Below, piece by piece: positions 26,271-35,824 of a DNA stretch of 64,000 bases. Source of the stretch: Bacteriovoracaceae bacterium. GTDB taxonomy: Bacteria > Bdellovibrionota > Bacteriovoracia > Bacteriovoracales > Bacteriovoracaceae. Under the pieces are notes generated by a model. It was given only the letters and a program-made list of their open reading frames with translations, did no database searches and was not told where the DNA came from. The stretch is taken from contig JBLWTJ010000001.1 of the NCBI GenBank assembly GCA_048270185.1, positions 768,001 through 832,000 of the forward strand, written 5' to 3'. Every line of letters starts with the position of its first letter. The first letter of the stretch is position 1. Position numbers and translations under genes: made by a program.

Positions 26271-27895
26271 ATTGTGTCAGTTAATAAGAGATAAACATCT
26301 CTCACATTTGCTCTAACGACTGAAATGGAAGTCATCATATCTGAAAAATAAATATGCTTTCTTCCATCTTCATGGTGGTGAACCTTAGCAAAGTCTTCTC
26401 TTTGCTGCATAAGGGATCTTTTAAGTTCTCGAGAGTATTTAACGACTTCATCAATATCTTCTTGAGCAGCTTTCTTACCATTATAAATGGCCAAGCTTTC
26501 GTCAAAGAGCTTACTCACTTCATCATAGAAAGATAAAAGATTATGAGTCTCGTCTGTTGAAAGCTCCCAATTCTCATAATACTTAGTGAGCATTGTTGTA
26601 AGCTTATCGAGGCTATCAGCAAGTTGTTCAAGGTCTGAAGCAATACGCATTAATTTTATGGCACTACGACTCTCCTCTTCTTCAACTCCGCTTGCGATGA
26701 CTTTTGATATAAAGTCATTTATTTCATCTTGAATATTATCAATAATTTTCTCATAATCTTTGATCTTAGCAAGTGATCGTGCACCTTTAGTCGGGCTTTC
26801 AACATATTCACGACACTTAAGAAACATTCTGGCCACAATATCCATTAACTTACCAACTTCAAGCTCCACTAAGACATAGGCCATGGAAGAAGAAATATGG
26901 CGTCGATTTCCTAAAAATTTTAGCTTAGGACGATCCTTAAAGTGACCATCTGGAAAAATTCCTTCAACCATCTCAGAGATAATACTATTGAAGAAATAAT
27001 AATTTAAAATTGATAAGATCGTAATAAATAGAAAGCCAATAAATATTAAGGCAAGAGGACCTAAATCTGTTTGGGTATTATGATTAATCACGACAACTAG
27101 TAGAAAGCCTACAATTGTTGCAACTAAGAAATTAACAAGAGGTGAAACAATCAGTCTAATCGCAAGCGGTCTTGCAACTTTTCTTGTTGTATTAAAATTA
27201 ATAAAGAATGAAGTTAGAGCTGAAGAAGTAACGATTGCAAAACAAGTACTTGTTGGAAAAACACGACTTATTAATAAAACGACAGCAATGGCCAAAGTCA
27301 TGGTTTGACTACGTAAAATAATACCAATGACAAAACCAGCAACAAGGCCAATGAATAGATTCATCACAAGAGAATAATCAGCAAGTGATAACACAATATC
27401 TTGGACTGTATTCCATGTTAATAGAACGATAAAGCTCTCATGCATTACTGAAACACCAAGAAATAAAAATGCTAGCCCAAAGAGTAACTTGGAAAGCTTG
27501 CGCCCAATTTGTTGAGGAATAAGTAAACCAATAATAAGAGCTATGGCCATAAGATAAAGGGCCGTCTCTTGTTTAGAAAAAATAAGTATCATGAAAATGG
27601 CCAAGGCACTTAGGCATGATCCAAATAACATTGGGATAACTCTTTCCTTCTTAATAAGGTTAGCATTAACTAATCCAATCGTTACCATATTTGCCATCGA
27701 AGGAGAAAAAGCTAAAAGCCCGAGACGAGCACCATTTAAGAAGTTAAAAAAGAAATTATCACCATCAAGGTCGGAAATAATGCGCTTTATTCCAGCAGAG
27801 CCTAAACTCTGAATTCCGGCAGAGATAACTCGTTGGCCGTAGTAGAAAATTGCAAGACCGGAGATAAAGAATAGAATATTTTGTATATAGTACAT
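26267..27895 (-). CDS. Na/Pi cotransporter family protein with C-terminal PhoU-like domains (divergent)
   Basis: N-terminal membrane region with the family layout (GLAIFYYG...GIQ, MVTIGLVNANLI) and helical C-terminus (ASDLEQLAD). Confidence 0.75.
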   Translation of the reverse strand: MYYIQNILFFISGLAIFYYGQRVISAGIQSLGSAGIKRIISDLDGDNFFFNFLNGARLGLLAFSPSMANMVTIGLVNANLIKKERVIPMLFGSCLSALAIFMILIFSKQETALYLMAIALIIGLLIPQQIGRKLSKLLFGLAFLFLGVSVMHESFIVLLTWNTVQDIVLSLADYSLVMNLFIGLVAGFVIGIILRSQTMTLAIAVVLLISRVFPTSTCFAIVTSSALTSFFINFNTTRKVARPLAIRLIVSPLVNFLVATIVGFLLVVVINHNTQTDLGPLALIFIGFLFITILSILNYYFFNSIISEMVEGIFPDGHFKDRPKLKFLGNRRHISSSMAYVLVELEVGKLMDIVARMFLKCREYVESPTKGARSLAKIKDYEKIIDNIQDEINDFISKVIASGVEEEESRSAIKLMRIASDLEQLADSLDKLTTMLTKYYENWELSTDETHNLLSFYDEVSKLFDESLAIYNGKKAAQEDIDEVVKYSRELKRSLMQQREDFAKVHHHEDGRKHIYFSDMMTSISVVRANVRDVYLLLTDTI

Positions 27896-27927
27896 AAATT
27901 AAAATTAGTGACTTGCCTCATATAAAA

Positions 27928-28254
27928 TTAAGAAGTCGCCTTGGCCAACCAAATAGGAATTATTATGTACAGTATTGTATCTCGAATTAAATAAAATAGG
28001 AAAAAATAAATAAAAGCTTTTGGGCCCTTATTCCACAGTCCTTCGATACCTAAGTATTGAATTTTCTTAGACATTGCCACCATAAACTTAGTCTTACCAT
28101 AGTGGGTAATAAAGAAAGTTATGGCCCCATCAACCTTGCGATCAAAGGCAAGAAATGGAACTTTAACACGATCGAAGACACGACCCATCCAAGCCTTAAA
28201 AGCGGATTGCTTCTTCTTATCTAGGTCATTTGCATTTTTACTTATAGCACTCAT
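27928..28254 (-). CDS. Small hypothetical membrane protein
   Basis: GAGG RBS; C-terminal hydrophobic FFLFYLIRDTILYIIIP. Confidence 0.7.
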   Translation of the reverse strand: MSAISKNANDLDKKKQSAFKAWMGRVFDRVKVPFLAFDRKVDGAITFFITHYGKTKFMVAMSKKIQYLGIEGLWNKGPKAFIYFFLFYLIRDTILYIIIPIWLAKATS

Positions 28255-28531
28255 GATACCTCAAATTAGCAGAGTTTTACGTCGGTGAAAAGGATTTTAG
28301 ACATCAATAGTAATCTTTAATGACTCCATAAACTTACTCTATTGGATACTATCTTAGATATGTAAGATAGTAATATTGTAAAGAAGATGTTGACTAATAT
28401 GTTTTGAAAAGACAAATTAGCAAAATATCAGACAACAATAATATGATCTACATTTCCGTGACACTTTACGGTTTCAATTTCGGTAACCTAGGGAAAATGG
28501 AAAGAGAACGACACAGCGCAAGGACGATTTT

Positions 28532-29428
28532 TTGTTAGAAAAAATACACCTTTTAAATATTCAAACTAAGAGTGAAGACATTCCAACTCACCTACTAAAT
28601 ATGCCAGGGGCATTTGTTTTAATTACATGCCAGCGCACAATTATTCTTACAACTTCAGAGTTTTCTGAATCAGATAGAGCACTAGGAAAATACTATTTTG
28701 GAAAGAGTGCATACCACTTTCTAATGGAAACAATCTGCGGTCTACAAAGTAAGCTAAAAGGTGAAAGTGAGATCGTTGCTCAATTTAAAGAAGCATTTTC
28801 AAACTACCTTAAAGAAGATATTCGCTCGTCATTAATTCTTAGAGTATTAGAAAAATTATTCAAAGATGCTAAAGAAGTACGTAAGGAACACCTTATAAAA
28901 ATTGGTCAACAATCTTATGCCGGTATTACAAGAAGAATCATCCAGTCAAAGTATGATTCTGGTGATGTTTTAATCCTTGGTTCAGGTCAATTAGCACGTG
29001 ACTCAATTAAGCACCTTATGAAGAAGTACAATATCTACATTAGTGCGAGAAACCCAGAAAAAGTACAAGAAATTATTAATGATTTCCCAAACGTCGACAT
29101 TAAAACTGTTTCTTGGAAAGATTATAAAGAATATTTCAAATTTGATACATACGTTAATACAATCGGTTGCTCAGGTAAAATTTTTGCTGAAGAATTCTTC
29201 ACTGGCCACTGCCCAAATAACTCAATCTTTGTTGATCTTGGCTCCCCTTCTGCAATTCAGACGGCCTACGATAAGAAACAAGGTGTTTACCGTTTAGGTG
29301 ATATCTTAAATCATGGCAGTATGCTTGAAGAAGAGAAAGTTGAAAAAATCGACCAAGCAAAGCTTGCCATTGAAAGCCTCGTTGAAAAGCGTGCCAAGCA
29401 CTTAGCAACAGTTCGCGCAAGCTACTAA
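28532..29428 (+). CDS. hemA: Glutamyl-tRNA reductase (short, divergent)
   Basis: Catalytic TCQR (usually TCNR), GLQSKLKGESEIVAQFK, NADPH-binding ILGSGQLA, VDLGSP; AAGGA RBS before TTG. Confidence 0.8.
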   Translation: MLEKIHLLNIQTKSEDIPTHLLNMPGAFVLITCQRTIILTTSEFSESDRALGKYYFGKSAYHFLMETICGLQSKLKGESEIVAQFKEAFSNYLKEDIRSSLILRVLEKLFKDAKEVRKEHLIKIGQQSYAGITRRIIQSKYDSGDVLILGSGQLARDSIKHLMKKYNIYISARNPEKVQEIINDFPNVDIKTVSWKDYKEYFKFDTYVNTIGCSGKIFAEEFFTGHCPNNSIFVDLGSPSAIQTAYDKKQGVYRLGDILNHGSMLEEEKVEKIDQAKLAIESLVEKRAKHLATVRASY

Positions 29429-29512
29429 GGCCAGTCTTAAACTTAAATTAACTCAACTAAAAAATTAATCAAGTCGAATTAGCTCCTACAAGAATAAATT
29501 GTAGGAGATATA

Positions 29513-31162
29513 ATGGAACTTAATGGTAGTACAACAGGTATTGGCCACCTTCCTTCAAGTACATTGAAGTGGATCAGACAGAATGCGCAAGTATTCAATA
29601 AAGAATTTATTTCTCTAAGAATGTTACTCGCACTAAGTTTTGTTATAAATATAACATCACTCGCACTTCCCATCGTTCTCATGCAGGTTTATGATCGTAT
29701 TATACCTAATCACAGCGTGGGTACCGCATTTGTTTTACTAGCAGGACTAGCTGTCTTTATTTTATTTGAAACAGGCCTTAAGTATTTACGCTACTATATT
29801 ATAACTTTTGCAGGTGCCAGATATGAAAATAGTCAATCAAATGAATTAATTCGAAAAACTGTTACGGACTCAGAATTCTACAATGCAGGAGTATTCCAGT
29901 ATTCGCTAAAAGAAATTCAAAAAAACAAGGCGTTCTTTGCAGGGCAAGGAATTATCACTTTAACAGAACTTCCTTTCTTGTTTCTCTATCTTGGGTTTCT
30001 TTTCTATCTAAACCCATTAATGGCATTGGTCCCTATCGTAACACTATCTTTGTATTTGATTGTTTCATTTTACTCATTAAAAAGAATGTCTCGCATTATT
30101 CAATTAAAACACGTCTCAGAAATAGAGCAAAGTAATCTTCTTTTTAAGGTACTTGATAATTTATCTATTATTAGAAAGTTTGGAAGAATCAATCTCTTTA
30201 ATCATCAATTTAAAAAAGGACAAGCAAATTTAGCAGATAAGAATTATCACTTAAGTCGTTATGAACACTTTCAAGCAAATCTAAGTCAGTTGGCATCACA
30301 AGTGACATCGGTGGTAATTTTGGCCATTGGCGCCTACTTAGTAACACATGGAATGATGGGAATCGGAGCACTGGCCGCATCTATTATTTTGGCCAATCGA
30401 TGTGTTGCCCCAACAGGTAAAATATTTCAGGCATTAAAAAAAGTTCATGAAGTAAAAGTCATGTCAGATATTATCATACATCCAAAAAGTGCAGTTGAAT
30501 TTGAAGGAAAAAGAAAGATAGATAAGATCTTTTCAATTATTGTACCAATCTATATCGAAGGAAGAAGATATGAAATTCCTTTTATGAAGGGCGACACTGT
30601 TTCACTTGAAAATCAGGATGAAGATACAAAAGAATTTCTCTACCCACCAAATTTAAAAGCTATTACAAATAAGATCTACGTCAATGACTTCAACCTTGTA
30701 GAAGTTGATGAATTAAGTATCTATAAGAAAATTGCAGTTATCAATGCAAGGCCTAGTATTTGGAATGGAACAGTAAGGGATAATGTATCGTCATTTGGCC
30801 TAGTTCAAGATGAAAAGCTACAGGAGTATGTTAATTTATTAGGCCTTGGAAGAATCATCAGAAAACTTCCAGATGGGATGGAAACCTATCTCACCTCAGA
30901 AAATAACGACAATATATCTCAAGAGGTTAAAACGTTAATTTATATCACACGTAAACTTGCACTCGATCCAGAAGTTATCATTCTAAATGAATTCGAAGCG
31001 GGAGTGGATAGAGAAAGCTATACAAAAATATTTGAATATATCGCAAGTATCAGAGAGAACAAGATCATCTTAATTAACACCAAAGATAAAAATTTACTAA
31101 AACTATGCAATAGAGACCTACTTAATAACCGAATTGGAGAAATTGATAACTATTTATCTTAG
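29513..31162 (+). CDS. T1SS-type ABC transporter: membrane domain plus degenerate NBD
   Basis: SFVINITSLALPIVLMQVYDRII typical of HlyB/LapB-like TMDs; no Walker A; signature ISQEV; Walker B VIILNE. Confidence 0.8.
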   Translation: MELNGSTTGIGHLPSSTLKWIRQNAQVFNKEFISLRMLLALSFVINITSLALPIVLMQVYDRIIPNHSVGTAFVLLAGLAVFILFETGLKYLRYYIITFAGARYENSQSNELIRKTVTDSEFYNAGVFQYSLKEIQKNKAFFAGQGIITLTELPFLFLYLGFLFYLNPLMALVPIVTLSLYLIVSFYSLKRMSRIIQLKHVSEIEQSNLLFKVLDNLSIIRKFGRINLFNHQFKKGQANLADKNYHLSRYEHFQANLSQLASQVTSVVILAIGAYLVTHGMMGIGALAASIILANRCVAPTGKIFQALKKVHEVKVMSDIIIHPKSAVEFEGKRKIDKIFSIIVPIYIEGRRYEIPFMKGDTVSLENQDEDTKEFLYPPNLKAITNKIYVNDFNLVEVDELSIYKKIAVINARPSIWNGTVRDNVSSFGLVQDEKLQEYVNLLGLGRIIRKLPDGMETYLTSENNDNISQEVKTLIYITRKLALDPEVIILNEFEAGVDRESYTKIFEYIASIRENKIILINTKDKNLLKLCNRDLLNNRIGEIDNYLS

Positions 31163-31170
31163 GAAGAGCT

Positions 31171-33294
31171 ATGGCCAATTTAAAAAGATTATTCCGTGAT
31201 TTAATGGAATTGAAATTTGAAAATGAGAATAAAGAAGAGATAAATGAAATTCTCTTGTCGTATGAAAGTATGAATGAGGTAGACCTTCTAAATGCCATGG
31301 TATCATTAGGAATCCAAGGAAATTCTTTAAAGATCAAATTAAATAATATTGAAACAGATACATTACCATGTCTAGTGGTCTCAGATATCAATCACGCCGA
31401 TTTTTGTAAGAAAGGCGAACATCTGATCTATCATTATGATCAAGAAAACAACGAGAAGTATCTACAAAATTCACAAGGGAAGAAAAGGCTTGTGAGCGAG
31501 GGTAAATTTCAAATCCAATATGCACTGCTACTTAAAGCTCTAACAAATATTGATTATGAAAATGAGAAAATATTTACAAATACAAGTGTTAATTTTTCGA
31601 CATGGACTAAAACAATTATAACAAGATTCAACAAAAGTCTTCGTCTCGTTTATTTACTTTCATTCATTAATGTCTTCACCACTTTAGCACTTCCTCTCTA
31701 TGTCATGTTCATCTACGATAAAATCGTCGGATCTAAAGATTTAATGACACTTATTCCAGCGACAACAGGAATATTACTTCTCTTGCTATTTGACTTCAGC
31801 TCACGAAATATAAGATCGAATATAATTTCATGGTGCGCCCAAAGATTGGACTACTTATTTGAGAATGCTATTTTACAAAAAATAGCAAATATGTCAGATC
31901 ATCAAAGAGAAGTAGAAAAACTAGACTTCCAAATTAATCGATTTGAAGGGATTAGAAATGCAGTTAGCTTCTTTTCTTCCCCTGCTGCGACTCTCCTACT
32001 CGATACAGTATTTAACGCTTTTTTAATCATTCCGATATTCTTTCTGTCTTGGCAGATGGCAACGCCACTTCTTTTACTCGTTCCAATATATGCTATTCTC
32101 TATCGACAGCATCTTGGCAAGTTAAGACTTAAGAAACAATATTTCACAGAACTGAACTCAGAAAAAAATAACTTAACCAATGAACTCAAAAGAAGATCAG
32201 AAGATATCTATCTGGAAAGTCTATTTCCAGTTTTTAACAAAAGACTTGCATCACTAACATCAAGATCTTGTTATAGTGGACATCAAAGTCAAATGCTTAT
32301 TCATAAGCTTGAATTAGTCGCTTACTTGATGACGATAGCTGTTGGAATCTCTTCAATTGCTACAGGCCTTGTCCTTGTATGGAATCAAACACTTCCAATG
32401 GGAAATTTCATGGCGATCATGCTAATCCTTTGGAAGATTTTATCTCCAGCACATCAATTATTAAATTCGAGACAAAGATTCGATACAATTAAGTATACAT
32501 TTCAAAATCTACATCGCTTTTTTAGAGCAAAGAATGAGTCGAGAACTTATCATACACATGAAGATCTTCATGCTGATAATTTTGATATCCAATTCAAAGG
32601 TGTTTGTTTTAGATATCCAGACTCTTTAGAGAATATATTTGTCGGTGTTGATATAAAAATCAAAAAAGGTGAAATCTATGGTGTTCATGCTGGAGCAGAA
32701 TCAGGTAAGAATGCCTTTATAAAACTATTAAACAAAACCTATCTCCCACAATCTGGAGCGATTCATATAGGCGGAGTTGATCATCGTCAATACGATACAC
32801 TTTTCTTAAGACATAAAATACTGACATTAAATCTTACTAACTCCTTACTTAACGATCTAAGTATTTATGAAAATATTAAATACATCAATCCATTAGCAAA
32901 ACGTAAAGATATTCTCTTCAAGCTTGGTTTATTTGGAATCGGCGAGATGCTTGAAAATGAAGGAATTGATATTGATACTCCTCTTAGTGGTTCGACAAAG
33001 CTACGTGTATCAAATGAACTTTATTCAGCAATTGTACTGGCCATTCCATTCTGTACAGAAGTTAAGTTAGTTCTAATTGAAGATATTCCTACAAGTCTAA
33101 TAAATGAACAGCTTAAGTTATTAACAAAGTTCTTAAATCTATCTAAAGGCAACTTTGGCGTTGTTTTCTGTAGTGAGCACAAAGAGATATTAAAAGAAGC
33201 AGATAATATCATTTATATGGCACCTGGCTCTCAAGTCTTCTCAGGAAGCAAAGATAAATTAATACCAGCTCTTGAAGAGAGAGCTTTAGTTTAA
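31171..33294 (+). CDS. T1SS-type ABC transporter with N-terminal C39-like region and degenerate NBD
   Basis: SFINVFTTLALPLYVMFIYDKIV TMD; IQFKGVCFRYP; Walker A AGAESGKN; signature VSNEL; Walker B LVLIED. Confidence 0.82.
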   Translation: MANLKRLFRDLMELKFENENKEEINEILLSYESMNEVDLLNAMVSLGIQGNSLKIKLNNIETDTLPCLVVSDINHADFCKKGEHLIYHYDQENNEKYLQNSQGKKRLVSEGKFQIQYALLLKALTNIDYENEKIFTNTSVNFSTWTKTIITRFNKSLRLVYLLSFINVFTTLALPLYVMFIYDKIVGSKDLMTLIPATTGILLLLLFDFSSRNIRSNIISWCAQRLDYLFENAILQKIANMSDHQREVEKLDFQINRFEGIRNAVSFFSSPAATLLLDTVFNAFLIIPIFFLSWQMATPLLLLVPIYAILYRQHLGKLRLKKQYFTELNSEKNNLTNELKRRSEDIYLESLFPVFNKRLASLTSRSCYSGHQSQMLIHKLELVAYLMTIAVGISSIATGLVLVWNQTLPMGNFMAIMLILWKILSPAHQLLNSRQRFDTIKYTFQNLHRFFRAKNESRTYHTHEDLHADNFDIQFKGVCFRYPDSLENIFVGVDIKIKKGEIYGVHAGAESGKNAFIKLLNKTYLPQSGAIHIGGVDHRQYDTLFLRHKILTLNLTNSLLNDLSIYENIKYINPLAKRKDILFKLGLFGIGEMLENEGIDIDTPLSGSTKLRVSNELYSAIVLAIPFCTEVKLVLIEDIPTSLINEQLKLLTKFLNLSKGNFGVVFCSEHKEILKEADNIIYMAPGSQVFSGSKDKLIPALEERALV

Positions 33295-33303
33295 GGAAGT
33301 GAT

Positions 33304-34674
33304 ATGAAAAAGAATCAAGATACAAAATCATTAAAAGATACATTAGATTATGTAAAGCAGAGTGACTATATATGTCAGGACTTATTACTTAAAGAGGCGC
33401 GCATTCCTCTCATCACAAAGTCAATTATCAAACTCTCTGTATTTACAATAGTAGGTTTTATAACCTGGTCGTCAATATCAACAGTGAATGAAGTCGTGAA
33501 GAGTAATGGAGAGATCACACCGATAAAGCATATTCAATCAATTCAACACGTCAAAGGAGGTGTTATTGAAGAGATCAATGTCATCGATGGCCAATTAGTT
33601 GCTTCAGGAGACATTCTCTATACTCTTTCAGGAGATAATGTAAAAAGCGAAAGAACGCGAGTTCTAGCAAAACTATACTCACTCTCACTGCAAAGAGAAA
33701 GACTACTTTCATTTATCGAAAAAAGAGAACCTTGCTTTGAAGAAATTGCACAACAACATAGTCAAAAATATGATTTACAAGGATCACCGCAAGTACAAAC
33801 AGATGATCTAAGAACAATGCAGGATTCACTAGAAAGTGAGAGGACTATTATTGAAGTACGTCTAAGAACAAAAATGGATGAAGCAGTTACCTATGAATCG
33901 ACTGTTAAAAACTCTCAGCGTAACTATGAGCTTGCAAAAGAAGCTTTAAAACTTCAAAAGAAACTTGTTAGAAATGATATTGCTCCAAAGGTTTCTCTTA
34001 CTCAAGTAGAGATGGAAAAGAATCGTTACGAGAATGAATATGTAACGGCAAGGACATTAAAAGCAAAGATTGATAATGAGATAATCGAATTACAAGAACG
34101 ACTTAAAAGCTTAAGTGCAAACAGCGCAGAAAGTGCATATGAGCGAATCTCACAAATTGATTTACTACTAGAAGAGAATGAAAAGATACTACAAGGAATC
34201 GAAAAGGTAGTTGAATCACTCAACATCAGAGCTCCTATTGCAGGAATTGTAAAAGGAGTAGAAATACAGACAATAGGTGGTGTTATTACTGCTGGTCAGA
34301 AAATCATGGAAATTGTACCTATTGATGGCCAAGTAAATGCCATTATAAAAATCATGCCACAAGACATAGGGCATGTTCAAATAGGTATGCCAGTCGACTT
34401 AAAAATTACTTCATATCAATACAATCGTTATGGAACGATCGTAGGTCAAATTGAATCAATCTCCCCTTCTACATTCTATTCAGATGGTGGTGCAAGCTAC
34501 TACCGTGCGATTGTACGACTATCTAAAAACCATGTCGGTGATGATGAAAAAAAGAACCTAGTATTACCAGGAATGACCGTTCAAGCAGATATTCTAACAT
34601 CACGAAAAAGTATCTTAGCCTATTTAATGAGACCTTTAACTGTTTCATTAGATTATGCATTAACAGAGAGGTAA
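33304..34674 (+). CDS. HlyD family type I secretion periplasmic adaptor
   Basis: N-terminal TM, IQHVKGGVIEEINV, coiled coil, IRAPIAGIV, DIGHVQIG, RYGTIVG, LPGMTVQADI, YLMRP. Confidence 0.93.
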   Translation: MKKNQDTKSLKDTLDYVKQSDYICQDLLLKEARIPLITKSIIKLSVFTIVGFITWSSISTVNEVVKSNGEITPIKHIQSIQHVKGGVIEEINVIDGQLVASGDILYTLSGDNVKSERTRVLAKLYSLSLQRERLLSFIEKREPCFEEIAQQHSQKYDLQGSPQVQTDDLRTMQDSLESERTIIEVRLRTKMDEAVTYESTVKNSQRNYELAKEALKLQKKLVRNDIAPKVSLTQVEMEKNRYENEYVTARTLKAKIDNEIIELQERLKSLSANSAESAYERISQIDLLLEENEKILQGIEKVVESLNIRAPIAGIVKGVEIQTIGGVITAGQKIMEIVPIDGQVNAIIKIMPQDIGHVQIGMPVDLKITSYQYNRYGTIVGQIESISPSTFYSDGGASYYRAIVRLSKNHVGDDEKKNLVLPGMTVQADILTSRKSILAYLMRPLTVSLDYALTER

Positions 34675-34676
34675 TT

Positions 34677-35666
34677 ATGTTTAAGAGATTACAACAAGCA
34701 GTAAATAATGAAACAACTGAAGTCATTGATAATGAAACACAAGCTACTGTACCTCAAGTAAAAAATGAGCAGCAGGCCAGAGTTCTTGTGGTCAGTGCTA
34801 ATAAAACAATTACAGATCGTCTTAGTCTGATACTTGGAGATACATATGAAGTAGAGCATCGAAAAAACTTGGCAATGGTATTTCAGCTTTTTGCAGATGT
34901 TAAAGCAAAGAATATTGATCTCATAATTTACTATGATAGCAATACTAAGAAAGACCTCTCAATCTTATCAATGATGAGAAAGTATCCTAGATTCTCTAAC
35001 GTTCCAATAATTGTTTTGGCCCAGGAAATAAATGAAAAGAGAAGAAATCATTACTTAGAGAATGACTTAAATGACTACATTGATATGCAGAGTTTCTCCC
35101 ATATTAAGCAACTAGTTAATTCAAAAATCAAGTTACAATCTAAAATAAACTCAATTATCAATTATTCACTAAATCACAATAGTGGACTCGATATTGTTTC
35201 AAATGCCCAAATTCAAATTAGGTCACTAGCAGATGTTGCGGGCTGTGCGAGAACTCTAAAACTATTCACTAATGCAACAATTACTCAAGAGCGTGCCTAT
35301 TTTGAGATCATTCTAAACTCACTAGAGCATGGACAACTTGGCATTGATAAAGAAAAGAGACAAAAAACAAAAGACGAAAACGATTACGAAAATTATTTAG
35401 ATATTTTATGTAATCGTAATAAAGAACCAATCATTGTTACCTACGAAAAACTTGAAGATAGTTATCGCATTACAGTCATTGATGGAGGGGATGGTTTTGA
35501 ATACAAGAAATATTTGAAAACGAATCTAAGTGATTCATTAAAGGATTCACAAAAAGGTATCGCAATCGCTAATAGTACAAAAGGTATTGAACTTAAGTAC
35601 AAAGACCAAGGAAATATTGTTGAAATCAATATTCCTCATCAGGAAAAATTCAAATTATGGCACTAA
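34677..35666 (+). CDS. Atypical receiver domain fused to an RsbW-like HATPase_c domain
   Basis: Receiver-like fold (RVLVVSA, DLIIYYD, VPIIVLA, NDYI) lacking the acidic pocket; EIILNSLEHG, IDGGDGF, KGIAI boxes. Confidence 0.65.
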   Translation: MFKRLQQAVNNETTEVIDNETQATVPQVKNEQQARVLVVSANKTITDRLSLILGDTYEVEHRKNLAMVFQLFADVKAKNIDLIIYYDSNTKKDLSILSMMRKYPRFSNVPIIVLAQEINEKRRNHYLENDLNDYIDMQSFSHIKQLVNSKIKLQSKINSIINYSLNHNSGLDIVSNAQIQIRSLADVAGCARTLKLFTNATITQERAYFEIILNSLEHGQLGIDKEKRQKTKDENDYENYLDILCNRNKEPIIVTYEKLEDSYRITVIDGGDGFEYKKYLKTNLSDSLKDSQKGIAIANSTKGIELKYKDQGNIVEINIPHQEKFKLWH

Positions 35667-35786
35667 AAGACTAGAAGAGAAATAATGCTAAACACCTACA
35701 AACCTTTGAGCATACTGTACCAAAGGCCAAGCAAGATCTTGACAGAGAATATCCAGAACTCGAGCTAAGAGGTGCCCTCTATAAAG

Positions 35787-35817
35787 AAAAAGGCCCTCGC
35801 ACAGAATGAGGAGGGCC
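35787..35817 (-). terminator. Rho-independent terminator of the subtilase gene
   Basis: Minus strand GGCCCTC...GAGGGCC followed by TTTTT. Confidence 0.75.
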
Positions 35818-35824
35818 AATAATA

